Source: an uncultured Gemmatimonadales bacterium
Lineage (GTDB): Bacteria; Gemmatimonadota; Gemmatimonadetes; Gemmatimonadales; Gemmatimonadaceae
Direction: 5' to 3'
Assembly (NCBI GenBank): GCA_963850905.1
Contig: CAWKMU010000003.1
Coordinates: forward strand, 640,001 to 704,000
DNA: 64,000 nucleotides
Part shown: in pieces, positions 1-9,286 of the stretch
Layout of the letters: the number at the start of each line of letters is the position of its first letter
Numbering within the stretch: position 1 is the first letter of the stretch
Notes under the pieces: generated by a model
Databases searched by the model: none
Seen by the model: the letters and a program-made list of their open reading frames with translations, nothing else
What the model was told of the DNA's origin: nothing
Made by a program: the position numbers and the translations under genes

Positions 1-622
1 CGAGTACCTCCGACCTTCCACCACGATGGAGGCGCTCGGCGCACTGCCGCCCGCGTTCGCCGAGCTGGGGGCGACAGCTGTCGGTCCACACGGCGAGACC
101 CTGGACCAGATCGCAGAGGCCCGCTATCCCGACGCCGGCCCGATCCAACACGTCCACACCGCCGGCAATTCCAGCGGCATTGTCGATGGCGCCGCGGCGG
201 TGCTGATCGCATCGAAGGAGTACGTGCGCGCACACGGACTCCGCCCTCGCGCGCGGATCCGGGCGATGGCGACGCTGGGCTCCGAGCCGCTCATCATGCT
301 GACCGCCCCGGCCGCCGTCTCGCGCAAAGCGCTCGCCGCCGCGGGCATGACGATCCCCGACATCGATCTCTGGGAGATCAATGAAGCGTTTGCCGTCGTG
401 CCAATCCAGACGATGCGCGCACTGCGGGTCGATGCGGACCGCGTCAACGTCAACGGTGGCGCGATCGCCTTGGGCCACCCCCTCGGCGCAACCGGCGCGA
501 TCCTCTTGGGCACCATCCTCGATGAGTTGGAGCGACGCGACCTCGCAGTCGGGCTCGTGACACTCTGCATCGGTGGCGGCCAGGGCGTGGCGACGATCGT
601 GGAGCGGACGGACCGCGCGTAG
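1..622 (+). CDS. Acetyl-CoA C-acyltransferase (thiolase), C-terminal part; 5' end lies outside the window
   Basis: Frame open from the window edge ([12 protein letters not shown]...); thiolase motifs [19 protein letters not shown]. Confidence 0.95.
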   Translation, partial: EYLRPSTTMEALGALPPAFAELGATAVGPHGETLDQIAEARYPDAGPIQHVHTAGNSSGIVDGAAAVLIASKEYVRAHGLRPRARIRAMATLGSEPLIMLTAPAAVSRKALAAAGMTIPDIDLWEINEAFAVVPIQTMRALRVDADRVNVNGGAIALGHPLGATGAILLGTILDELERRDLAVGLVTLCIGGGQGVATIVERTDRA

Positions 623-673
623 CGAGGCTGAGCGGCCGATCCTTACACCGCTCTCGTTCCCCACAGGCGATCG

Positions 674-1891
674 ATGACCGCACCGGACGCACAGGGCACG
701 CGCACGTCGACCGAGGGCCCGCGACGCGAGCAAGCGCGCGCCGCACTCAGGTTCGTCCTGCTGCTCGGCGTCGTCAGCCTCTTCGCGGACATGACCTACG
801 AAGCCGCGCGGAGCGCCGTGGGGCCCTTCTTGGGCCTCCTGGGCGCGAGTGCCGTGGTCGTCAGCTCCGTGAGCGGGATTGGCGAATTGATCGGGTACGC
901 CTTGCGCCTCCCGTCGGGACTCCTCGCCGACCGGACCCATCGCTACTGGACCGTGACGATCGTCGGCTACGCCGTGAATCTGCTGGCCGTACCGCTCCTC
1001 GCATTCGCGGGGAACTGGCAGGTCGCCGCTCTCCTGGTCGTGGTCGAGCGCGCGGGACGCGCGCTTCGCAAACCGTCCGGCGATGCCATGCTCTCACACG
1101 CGGCCTCGGTGATCGGTCGTGGATGGGCATTCGGCCTGCGCGAAGCGTTGGACCAGACGGGCGCCGTCGTGGGCCCGCTGCTCGTCGCATGGGCCCTCGC
1201 CCGACACGCCGGGTATTCGTTCGCGTTCGGGATGCTGGTCATCCCGGCGTCGCTTGCGCTCCTCGCCCTGCTCATTGCGCAGCGCCTCTATCCCGCGCCT
1301 CACACACTCGAAGTCAAGCGGCCAGCGCTACCCGAGACCGCCGGGACGACACGTGCATTTCGTATGTACGTCGCTGCCGGAGCATTCCTTGCGGCCGGCA
1401 CAGTCGACTTCCCGCTCATCGCCTTCCATTTCGCCAAGGACGCCGTGGTCAGCGCCCCGAGCGTGCCCCTGCTGTACGCGGTCGCCATGGCCGCCGCAGC
1501 CATCGCCGCCCCGCTCGTCGGACGAGTCTACGACCGGCTGGGATTGATCGTCGTCGCTGCTGCCTGCTTGTTGCCCGCCGCTGCCGCGCCACTCGCGTTC
1601 CTCGGGGGTGCAACCGCTGCGGCCGTGGGAGTCGCGCTGTGGGGAGTCGGCATGGGCGTGCAGGACGCAACGGTGCGCGCAGCCGTCGCTGACATGACAC
1701 CGACCGAACGCCGCGCTGGCGCATACGGGTTGTTCGACGCCACGTTTGGCGTGGCATGGTTCGCCGGGAGTGCCCTCATGGGCGTGCTGTACAGCCGCGC
1801 GCCGATGGCGCTTGTCGAATTCTCCGTGGTGACCCAGGTCATCGCAGTCGTACTCCTCGGCGTCGCAGCGAGGATGAAACACGCACATTGA
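674..1891 (+). CDS. MFS transporter
   Basis: 405 aa, about 12 hydrophobic segments, motif A-like GLLADRTHR and GRVYDRLG. Confidence 0.9.
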   Translation: MTAPDAQGTRTSTEGPRREQARAALRFVLLLGVVSLFADMTYEAARSAVGPFLGLLGASAVVVSSVSGIGELIGYALRLPSGLLADRTHRYWTVTIVGYAVNLLAVPLLAFAGNWQVAALLVVVERAGRALRKPSGDAMLSHAASVIGRGWAFGLREALDQTGAVVGPLLVAWALARHAGYSFAFGMLVIPASLALLALLIAQRLYPAPHTLEVKRPALPETAGTTRAFRMYVAAGAFLAAGTVDFPLIAFHFAKDAVVSAPSVPLLYAVAMAAAAIAAPLVGRVYDRLGLIVVAAACLLPAAAAPLAFLGGATAAAVGVALWGVGMGVQDATVRAAVADMTPTERRAGAYGLFDATFGVAWFAGSALMGVLYSRAPMALVEFSVVTQVIAVVLLGVAARMKHAH

Positions 1892-1906
1892 GATGAGGTC
1901 CAAATC

Positions 1907-3871
1907 ATGAAGGCTCTCCCGTCCGTGGTGCTGTGCGCGCTCACCTTCGCCGGGCTCGCCGCCGGTGCCCCACGAGCCAGCGCGCAACGCGCGGCCAGCG
2001 CCCCGGCCCACCGGTTCGGCGACGTCGCTGTGTCGCCAGATGGCAAATATCTCGCATGGGTTGGCGTGACGTCCGCGGGATCCGCGTCGGCCCCCGGATT
2101 GGTGATCATGGACCGCGCGCGTGGCCTGGCAAGTGCGGTCACGGTCGACGTGCGAGGCGCGCACGCGCCCAGCTGGTCACGCGACGGACGGACGCTCGCG
2201 TTCCTCGCCGCCAGCGGTCGCGCGGACACGACGGGCATCTATTTGGTTGCACCAGGCGCCGCGACGCCCCGGTTGGTCGCCAGAGTCGCTGGCAGCGTGC
2301 AGGAGCCCGAGCTGTCTCCCGATGGCAGCCAGATCGCCGTGCTGTATTCCGCGCCCAACGAGGAGGCGAACGGACCAACCGAGGCGACACCGCGCGACAC
2401 GGGCGCCATCGACAATTTCGTGGATCGCCAACACCTGGCACTGGTCGACACACGGTCGGGCGCGCTGCGCGTCATCTCCCCGCATGACTTGTACGTGTTC
2501 GAGTTCCAGTGGGCTCCCAACGGCAGTGAGCTCGCCGCCACAGCCGCAGACGGATCTGGCAACAACAATTGGTACGCCGCCCGCCTCGTCGCGATCTCAC
2601 CAGCGGGCGCACTTCGCGAGATTGCCCGGCCCGCGCTGCAGATGGCCGAGCCGCAGTGGTCGCCCGACGGCGGGCAGATCGCCTTTATCGGTGGCTTGAT
2701 GAGCGACGAAGGCGTCATTGGCGGCGACCTGTATGTCGCGCCGGCGACCGGCGGCACCCCGCGCGACGTCACGCCGACGCTCCCAGTGTCCGCCGCGACG
2801 TTCGCGTGGACCGGATCCCACACGGTTCTGGTCACATCGTGGGCGCACGGCGGGTCCGAGATCGCGACCGTCGATATGACGACGGGCGCCGTCGCGCCGC
2901 TCTGGACGACGGATGACGCCGTCTCCACCGGCGGCTATCTCCCGCATGTCTCTGCGACGCGCGATGGGGCCCTCGTGGCGATGACGCGAGAATCACTGGC
3001 TCAACCGCCAGAGCTGTGGGTCGGTCCTCCCGGTCGGCCGGCGCAGCTGACCCACGTGAACGACGGCATCACACCCGCGTGGGGGAAAGCCGAGCATGTG
3101 ACTTGGCACAACGACGGACTGGCGATCGAGGGCATCCTGCTGGCACCGCAGCAAGTCGAGCCCGGGCGCCGGTATCCGATGATCGTGGCGGTGCATGGCG
3201 GCCCGGCGGCCGCCTCGCGTCCTTTCTGGTCTTCCCCTGGATCGCTCGACGCGCGGCTGTCGCAGGCGGGATACTACGTGTTCCTGCCCAATCCGCGCGG
3301 CAGCTACGGCGCCGGCGAGGCCTTCACTCGCGGAAACGTGAAGGACTTGGGGTACGGCGATCTCCGCGACATCATGAGCGGCATCGACACGATCGTCAGT
3401 CGCTTCCCGGTCGACAGCCAACGGCTCGGCATCACCGGCGGCAGCTACGGCGGGTACATGACGATGTGGGCGGTAACGCAGACGACCCGGTTCCGCGCCG
3501 CCGTGTCCGTCGCCGGTTTGTCGAACTGGCTGAGCTACGCGGGCGAGAACGGCATCAATCGATGGATGCTGGCGTATTTCGGTGGCGCCACGGTGTACGA
3601 CGATCCGGCCGTCTATGCGCGAAGCGCACCGATCAGCTTCATCAACGCAGCGCGCACGCCGACGCTGATCGTGGCGGGCGAGCGAGACGCCGAGTGCCCC
3701 GCGCCGCAATCGTTCGAGTTCTGGCGCGGCTTGCAGCACGCCGGCGCGCCGGCAGAACTCATTGTGTACGCCGACGAAGGCCACGGCATCCGCCAGCCCA
3801 CACACGCCGCGGACCTGATGACGCGGACGCTGGGCTGGTTTGGGAAGTATCTGGGGGCGACGACGCAGTAG
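1907..3871 (+). CDS. Secreted S9 family (prolyl oligopeptidase/acylaminoacyl) peptidase
   Basis: Signal peptide, PD40-like repeats (WSPDG), HGGP, GGSYGG nucleophile, GERD Asp, DEGHG His. Confidence 0.92.
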   Translation: MKALPSVVLCALTFAGLAAGAPRASAQRAASAPAHRFGDVAVSPDGKYLAWVGVTSAGSASAPGLVIMDRARGLASAVTVDVRGAHAPSWSRDGRTLAFLAASGRADTTGIYLVAPGAATPRLVARVAGSVQEPELSPDGSQIAVLYSAPNEEANGPTEATPRDTGAIDNFVDRQHLALVDTRSGALRVISPHDLYVFEFQWAPNGSELAATAADGSGNNNWYAARLVAISPAGALREIARPALQMAEPQWSPDGGQIAFIGGLMSDEGVIGGDLYVAPATGGTPRDVTPTLPVSAATFAWTGSHTVLVTSWAHGGSEIATVDMTTGAVAPLWTTDDAVSTGGYLPHVSATRDGALVAMTRESLAQPPELWVGPPGRPAQLTHVNDGITPAWGKAEHVTWHNDGLAIEGILLAPQQVEPGRRYPMIVAVHGGPAAASRPFWSSPGSLDARLSQAGYYVFLPNPRGSYGAGEAFTRGNVKDLGYGDLRDIMSGIDTIVSRFPVDSQRLGITGGSYGGYMTMWAVTQTTRFRAAVSVAGLSNWLSYAGENGINRWMLAYFGGATVYDDPAVYARSAPISFINAARTPTLIVAGERDAECPAPQSFEFWRGLQHAGAPAELIVYADEGHGIRQPTHAADLMTRTLGWFGKYLGATTQ

Positions 3872-3888
3872 AGCGGAGACCTGAACGG

Positions 3889-4088
3889 CGGGATCAGGGG
3901 TCAGGGGTCAGGGGTCAGGGGAACAAAACGACATGCGGTCACCGTGCACGGCGCCCTGCCTTGGACCGGTAGGGGCGACGCATTGCGTCGCCCTGCGTGG
4001 CCGGCCCGAACGACGACATCAATGAACCAACACCGCCCCTGCCTCCGCGTTTTCTTCCCTGACCCCTGACCCCTGACCCCTGATCCCG
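3889..4088. repeat. Inverted heptamer-repeat element: (GGGGTCA)n arm ... (TGACCCC)n arm, enclosing a REP
   Basis: 3889-3923 is the reverse complement of 4055-4088 with a 1-nt gap. Confidence 0.9.
3969..3993 (+). repeat. GTAG-type REP palindrome
   Basis: GTAG followed by GGGCGACGCA-T-TGCGTCGCCC; the same unit recurs in the 6.9-7.4 kb and 63.7-64 kb arrays. Confidence 0.85.
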
Positions 4089-4182
4089 GCGTTTGCCATC
4101 CGACCCCTGTCTCGCGGGTCGCCATGGTAGCGCCAAACGGTACCCCCGTGTACCCTCAGCAGTCCCGTAACGAGAATCCGCC

Positions 4183-5052
4183 ATGGCAACGGGCAAGAAG
4201 CGCGCGTCGAAAACGTCGGCGTCGCGCCCCAAGAAGACGACCGCACGCACGAAGAAATCGGCTCGGAACGCACCCGCGAAGACCGCGGCGAAACGCCCCG
4301 CAGCGCCGAAAACGACTGTGGCGCCGCACGCCGTCGTGGGCGCACGCGAGCGGGCGCGCGGCCCGAGCGCATCGGGGCCGCCATACCTCCACTACGTGGG
4401 CGCGCGCCTCGGCGTGAAGATCTGGATCGTGGATGGCGCGTACGTCCGCAAGAACATCGACGAAGAGTTCAGCAACTTCGGGCATCACTTCTCGGTTGAA
4501 GAGATCCCGATCGATGAGATCTGGCTGGACCGCGAGGCGCATCCCGATGAGCAGCGGTTTTTCATCGCACACGCGGTCGTCGAGCGACGGACCATGGTTG
4601 AGGGAAAGAGTTATGACGAGGCCCGCCAACTCGCCTGCGATGCGGAGTATCGGTTGCGCGAGCACACCACCGACCTCCGCCACGTCGCCCCTCAGCGGTC
4701 GTTGCCGGAGGCCGACCGCGTGCACGTGCGGCTTCGGAAGGAATTGGGCGATGGAACCGCGGTGTGGATCGTCGATGGTCGCCTCGTCCGATCCGTTTTC
4801 GACATCGAATTCACGGAAGGCGGCCATGAGTACGTCTACGAGTTCGTGCCGCACGGACAAGTGTGGATCGACGACGATGTCGTGGAGGAGGAAATCGGCT
4901 ACGTGATCCTGCACGAGTTGCACGAACGCAATCTGATGGCCAAGGGCATGACCTACGACGCAGCCCATGACTCGGCCAGCAAGATCGAGCTCCACTGCCG
5001 GCGACACCCCCATCTGCTTCACGCCGCACTCGCAGCCGAGGGATGGGAGTGA
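4183..5052 (+). CDS. Hypothetical protein: basic Lys/Ala-rich N-tail plus a tandemly duplicated domain with a putative metal-binding HExxE motif
   Basis: Internal repeat IWIVDGAYVR...EIWLD...HAVVERRTM...YDEA vs VWIVDGRLVR...QVWID...HELHERNLM...YDAAH. Confidence 0.8.
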   Translation: MATGKKRASKTSASRPKKTTARTKKSARNAPAKTAAKRPAAPKTTVAPHAVVGARERARGPSASGPPYLHYVGARLGVKIWIVDGAYVRKNIDEEFSNFGHHFSVEEIPIDEIWLDREAHPDEQRFFIAHAVVERRTMVEGKSYDEARQLACDAEYRLREHTTDLRHVAPQRSLPEADRVHVRLRKELGDGTAVWIVDGRLVRSVFDIEFTEGGHEYVYEFVPHGQVWIDDDVVEEEIGYVILHELHERNLMAKGMTYDAAHDSASKIELHCRRHPHLLHAALAAEGWE

Positions 5053-5585
5053 TCGACCGCGCGCGCAGCAGCGTCGCACTCAGAGCGCTGGAGCCCGACG
5101 ACCGCGAGGCCGTGCACCATATTCTCGAGCAGACGGGCTTCTTCACTCCGGTGGAGGTGTCCACCGCGCTCGAGTTGATCGACGAATGGCTGGCCCGCGG
5201 GGAGCCGAGCGACTACCTCTGCTTTGTGGCGACTGACCCGCGATCGCAGGCGGTCCTCGGGTATGTCTGCTTCGGCCCCGTGCCACTCACCGATGGCACG
5301 TACGACCTCTATTGGATTGCAGTCGACCCGGGCACGCAGGGCCGCGGCGTCGGACGGGCCCTCGTCGATTATGCGGAGGCCGAGGTCACTCGCCGACGCG
5401 GACGCCTCGTGCTGATCGAGACGTCATCCCTGGACAAGTACCACCCGACAGTGCGGTTCTACGAACGGTGCGGATACTTGTTGCTCGCCCGTCTCACCGA
5501 CTTTTACCGTCCAGGCGATGACAAGTTGGTGTTTGGCAAGTACCTCACGAGCCAGAGCCCCCGACCCGCGCGGAGCCGCCGCTAG
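5049..5585 (+). CDS. GNAT family N-acetyltransferase
   Basis: GTGA overlap with upstream gene; acetyl-CoA motif QGRGVG; YDLYWIAV, FYERCGY. Confidence 0.9.
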   Translation: MIDRARSSVALRALEPDDREAVHHILEQTGFFTPVEVSTALELIDEWLARGEPSDYLCFVATDPRSQAVLGYVCFGPVPLTDGTYDLYWIAVDPGTQGRGVGRALVDYAEAEVTRRRGRLVLIETSSLDKYHPTVRFYERCGYLLLARLTDFYRPGDDKLVFGKYLTSQSPRPARSRR

Positions 5586-6071
5586 TCGGCCCCTGAGTTG
5601 TCTCCCTTCTCCGCGCTCTTCTCCCCTTTCTCGGCCGCGAAGCGGCCGCGCCCTTCGGGACGATAGAACACGCTGAACAGTCCCCAGGCGCTGAAGAGGG
5701 AAAGCGCCCCGAAGAGCAGGCCGCCCAGCACGACGACCGGGATCAACTCGACGAGCGCGGCCGGCAGTGCCGGCAGGGGGGCCGCAGCCGCCGCGACACG
5801 AGAGCGCACGACCAGCGTTTCGACAATGACGCCGATCGCCAGCCCCGTACAGGTGACTGTGGTCATGGCAATGAACACATCGCGCGCCCAGGCGCGCGAC
5901 CCAAATCGGAAACGGTACTCGGGCGGCACGGTGAACACGAACAGGAGCGGCGGCCAGCCGCCGAGCCACCGCAGAATGCTTCGCGCGGCCATACTCCGAC
6001 ACGAGAAAGCAGATGGCGAACGCCACCGCAGAGAGTGCGAGGAATGCGCGCTTGCCCGATGGTTGGCTCAT
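5582..6071 (-). CDS. Hypothetical membrane protein, apparent 1-nt frameshift near 5990
   Basis: Hydrophobic N-terminus MSQPSGKRAFLALSAVAFAICFLVSEY joins AARSILRWLGGW... if one base of the CC at 5989-5990 is removed. Confidence 0.55.
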
Positions 6072-6145
6072 GGTCGGAGGAACATCTCGGTTGTCTCCAT
6101 TCTCCTTTCTGGCCCGCTCCTCTCTCGGGCGCGACGCGCCCGCCC

Positions 6146-6802
6146 CTAGGTCTTACTCGCCTCGTTGCTCAATACGTGGAACGCGTGGTCCGCCCACCGG
6201 TTCTCGCGGAAGCCCGGGATGCACCATAGCTGTACGAGTGGCTCGATCGCTCGAGCGGCGCGTGCGGTCCCCATGTCGGCCGGCTCCCACCCACACTGCT
6301 CGAGCAAGCTGCGCACGATCGCCTTCGCGTCCGCGTCATTGCCGCAATAGAACATGGTGGGTCGCGCACTGAAGCGCGGGTTCACCATCAGCGCGGCGCC
6401 GACGCTGTTGAAAGCCTTGACGAAACGCACCTCGGGATAGGTCGTCTGCAACTGCTCCATGAGGGACGAGTTCGGTCCCGTGAACAAGCGGAGCACACCG
6501 TCCTCGGGCGGCTCATCGGTAATCGGGTTCGTCGTATCGATCACCAGCTTGCCACGCAGGTTCGCGACGCCCGTGTCGCGAACGGCGTCGACGGCGCCGG
6601 TGCCTTTGACACATAGCACGAGATGCTCGGCCCAGCGCGCCACGTCGGCAAACGTCCCGCTCGCGACGCCGGTGGATTTGGTGAAGCTCGCGAGCTTGCC
6701 GCCGTCGCGGCACCCGATTTTGACGCTGTGCCCCTTGTCTCGGAGGCCGATGGCGAGAGTCTGACCGACCAAGCCAGAGCCCAGGATGCCGTATTTACTC
6801 AT
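6146..6802 (-). CDS. NADP oxidoreductase, F420-dependent-like family
   Basis: Rossmann GILGSGLVG, IDTTNP, VKAFN, YCGND motifs; start at MSKYG. Confidence 0.88.
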   Translation of the reverse strand: MSKYGILGSGLVGQTLAIGLRDKGHSVKIGCRDGGKLASFTKSTGVASGTFADVARWAEHLVLCVKGTGAVDAVRDTGVANLRGKLVIDTTNPITDEPPEDGVLRLFTGPNSSLMEQLQTTYPEVRFVKAFNSVGAALMVNPRFSARPTMFYCGNDADAKAIVRSLLEQCGWEPADMGTARAARAIEPLVQLWCIPGFRENRWADHAFHVLSNEASKT

Positions 6803-6878
6803 GCGGTGCCTCGATCTGCACAGTGGGACATGTGGTGAGTGTCGCAGTAATCGACTCACGAACAGCGAGGTTCCCCCG

Positions 6879-7391
6879 GTAGAGGCGACGCATTGCGTCG
6901 CCCTGCATCACCGTCGGCACGGCCCCGTGATCGTCGACGCCTATCCGCACGCACAGGGTCCGTCGCCACACCAGCTGCGCGGCCCTGGACCGGTAGGGGC
7001 GACGCATTGCGTCGCCCTGCATCACCGTCCGCACGGCCCGGTGATCGTCGACGCCTATCCGCACGCACAGGGTCCGTCGCCACACCAGCTGCCTGGCCCT
7101 GGACCGGTAGGGGCGACGCATTGCGTCGCCCTGCATCACCGTCCGCACGGCCCGGTGATCGTCGACGCCTATCCGCACGCACAGGGTCCGTCGCCACACC
7201 AGCTGCCTGGCCCTGGACCGGTAGGGGCGACGCATTGCGTCGCCCTGCATCACCGTCCGCACGGCCCCGTGATCGTCGACGCCTATCCGCACGCACAGGG
7301 TCCGTCGCCACACCAGTTGCCTGGCCCCGGACCGGTAGGGGCGACGCATTGCGTCGCCCTGCATCACCGTCCGCACGGCCCCGTGATCGTC
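6879..7391 (+). repeat. Tandem array of 114-bp units (4 full plus 1 partial), each starting with a GTAG-type REP palindrome
   Basis: GTAG at 6879, 6993, 7107, 7221, 7335 (period 114); units nearly identical. Confidence 0.95.
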
Positions 7392-7420
7392 ATGCCGGAC
7401 GACGGCCGAGGTTGCCGGTC

Positions 7421-7555
7421 TCATGACGCGATCGCCTCGCGAGCCGATTGCCAGACATGCACGTTGCCCTTGTGTGCGACGAGCGCCACTAGGCCAGCGA
7501 TCTCGCCGCGTGCGATGTAGCCCGCGAGCAGCTCATGCATGTGGTCGAAAGGCAT
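7421..7555 (-). pseudogene. N-terminal fragment of a beta-lactamase-family serine hydrolase
   Basis: MHELLAGYIARGEIAGLVALVAHKGNVHV resembles the family N-terminus; stops before any SxxK motif, next to the REP array. Confidence 0.55.
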
Positions 7556-7587
7556 GAAAGCGAGAGGCAGGGGGGCGGCCGCTGCAC

Positions 7588-7714
7588 GCCCGAGAGAGTC
7601 GAAATGCCGAAAGTAGAAAGTAGACGAGGAGAGGGCAGATTTGCGAGATGTCTCAGGCCGTTGTCTACTTTCTACTTTCTGTAGGTCTACTTTCTCGGGC
7701 GCGCAGCGCCCGAG
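7588..7714. repeat. Inverted heptamer-repeat element (AAAGTAG/CTACTTT) with terminal GC hairpin
   Basis: Arms AAAGTAGAAAGTAGAC and GTCTACTTTCTACTTT; hairpin CTCGGGCGC-GCA-GCGCCCGAG; right arm 38/40 identical (inverted) to 56505-56544. Confidence 0.85.
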
Positions 7715-7730
7715 GCATCGCGAGGATCCA

Positions 7731-8129
7731 ATGCCCGCGCCCGCCACCATCCCGAACGACACCGCACTCGCGCAGATCGGTCAGATCGCGATCACCGCGC
7801 ACGACGTCGACCGTGCGACGGCGTTCTACCGCGACGTACTGGGTCTCCGGCACCTGTTCCGGGCGGGCCAGCTCTCCTTCTTCGACTGCGGGGGCGTGCG
7901 CCTCATGCTGGATAAGCCGGAGAAGCCGGAGTTCGATCACCCGAGCTCGATCCTGTACTTCAGGGTCGCCGACATTCAAGCGACACGCGCACGACTGGCG
8001 GCTGGTGGCGCGCGTTTCGTGGACGAGCCCCACGTCATCGCCCCGATGCCGACCTACGATCTATGGATGACGTTCTTCCGAGATTCGGAAGACAACCTGT
8101 TGGCGCTCATGAGCGAAGTGCCGCGCTGA
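7731..8129 (+). CDS. VOC (glyoxalase/bleomycin resistance) family protein
   Basis: IGQIAI..DVDRATAFYRDVLGL, FFRDSEDNLLAL. Confidence 0.9.
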   Translation: MPAPATIPNDTALAQIGQIAITAHDVDRATAFYRDVLGLRHLFRAGQLSFFDCGGVRLMLDKPEKPEFDHPSSILYFRVADIQATRARLAAGGARFVDEPHVIAPMPTYDLWMTFFRDSEDNLLALMSEVPR

Positions 8130-8153
8130 TGCCGCCCGTTGCGCCGTGGGCCC

Positions 8154-8684
8154 TTACAGTCCGAACGCCTGTTTGATGTGCTGCGCAGCCTCTGGCGGCC
8201 CTAGTGTGAAGGCCATCAGGAGCAGGTAGCCGACCGCCAGCGCACCACCGGCAAAGAACTGGTTCCACTGGCGCGCAGCCGGCCGTGTTCGCAGGAACCC
8301 GACGAGGCACGCAACGATGATCAGCAGGTGACCGAAGGCCGCGAAGAGCTGGATGAGGATGTCGGGTCGCGTGGCTTGGCCGGTGCGAATGAGGGTTTCC
8401 ATCACCTGCACTCCTTCCGGACCGACGGATGAGCGGAAGAGCACGAGCACGTTCCAGAAGACCGCGATGAACACGCCCGCCCCGAATCCCCACGCGCTCT
8501 TCCGGCGCGTGAGCACGACCACCGCGACGTAGATCAACGCCTGCAGGACATGGAGCACGCGCCACTCTGGCTCGAAGAACGCCGACACCGCCAGCGCGAA
8601 GATGAAGATCGCCGAGCCGACGAGGATGCTCGCGTTGATCCACTTGGCGCCCGTGGCGGGTCCGGCCAGAGCCGTTGTCGTCAT
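8154..8684 (-). CDS. Hypothetical membrane protein (about 5 TM segments)
   Basis: 176-aa hydrophobic ORF with GC-rich third positions. Confidence 0.75.
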   Translation of the reverse strand: MTTTALAGPATGAKWINASILVGSAIFIFALAVSAFFEPEWRVLHVLQALIYVAVVVLTRRKSAWGFGAGVFIAVFWNVLVLFRSSVGPEGVQVMETLIRTGQATRPDILIQLFAAFGHLLIIVACLVGFLRTRPAARQWNQFFAGGALAVGYLLLMAFTLGPPEAAQHIKQAFGL

Positions 8685-8755
8685 GACCAGGGCCTACGCG
8701 CTGGCCGGAACCGTGGTTTCACCGGCATTGATCCAACACCGTGGACGGGGACGGG

Positions 8756-9286
8756 TTACGGCGCCGGCACTGCCGTCTCCGGCACCGCCTGTCCAATCGC
8801 CCGCACCCCGGTTTCGAGCGCAAGGCGCTGCAGTTTGTCGATCGGCAGGGCCAGCAAGAGGTCGATGCGCGCCGCCAGTGTCCGGAGTGCGAGGTAGAAC
8901 GCGCGGGCCTTCTCCTCATCAGACCCGCGGGCCTCGGCCGGGTCTTCCATCCCCCAGTGCGCGATGATCGGCTGACCCGGGAAATAGGGACAAGCCTCCT
9001 TGGCTCGATCGCAGACGGTGATCACGAAATCCCAGGGCTCGCGTTCGAGTCCGTCGAAGCTGCGCGGTGCGTGCCCCGCCCACGGAATGTGAGCGTGCGT
9101 GAGCGCCTCAACCGCTAACGGATTCACTCGGGCTGCGGGCTGCGAGCCTGCGCTCTCAGCGTGGAAGCGTCCCTTCCCCTTGAAATTGAGCAGAGCCTCG
9201 GCCATCTGGCTCCGGGCCGAGTTGCCGGTGCACAGAAACAGCACTCGGCGGGGGCGTGTTGGCTCGCCCGCGGATGCGGTGGTCAT
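8756..9286 (-). CDS. arsC: Arsenate reductase, LMW-PTPase/thioredoxin-coupled type
   Basis: CTGNSAR P-loop, VITVCDRAKEACP resolving cysteines, HWGMEDP; in ars context. Confidence 0.9.
   Translation of the reverse strand: MTTASAGEPTRPRRVLFLCTGNSARSQMAEALLNFKGKGRFHAESAGSQPAARVNPLAVEALTHAHIPWAGHAPRSFDGLEREPWDFVITVCDRAKEACPYFPGQPIIAHWGMEDPAEARGSDEEKARAFYLALRTLAARIDLLLALPIDKLQRLALETGVRAIGQAVPETAVPAP

Noticed and set aside
6879..7391. CRISPR array
   Set aside because: The intervals between palindromes are nearly identical 89-bp linkers, not unique spacers; no cas genes; the GTAG-palindrome matches dispersed REPs
6786..7520. 38-aa repeat proteins in several frames
   Set aside because: By-product of a 114-bp GC-rich unit (multiple of 3) that is open on both strands; no RBS or coding bias
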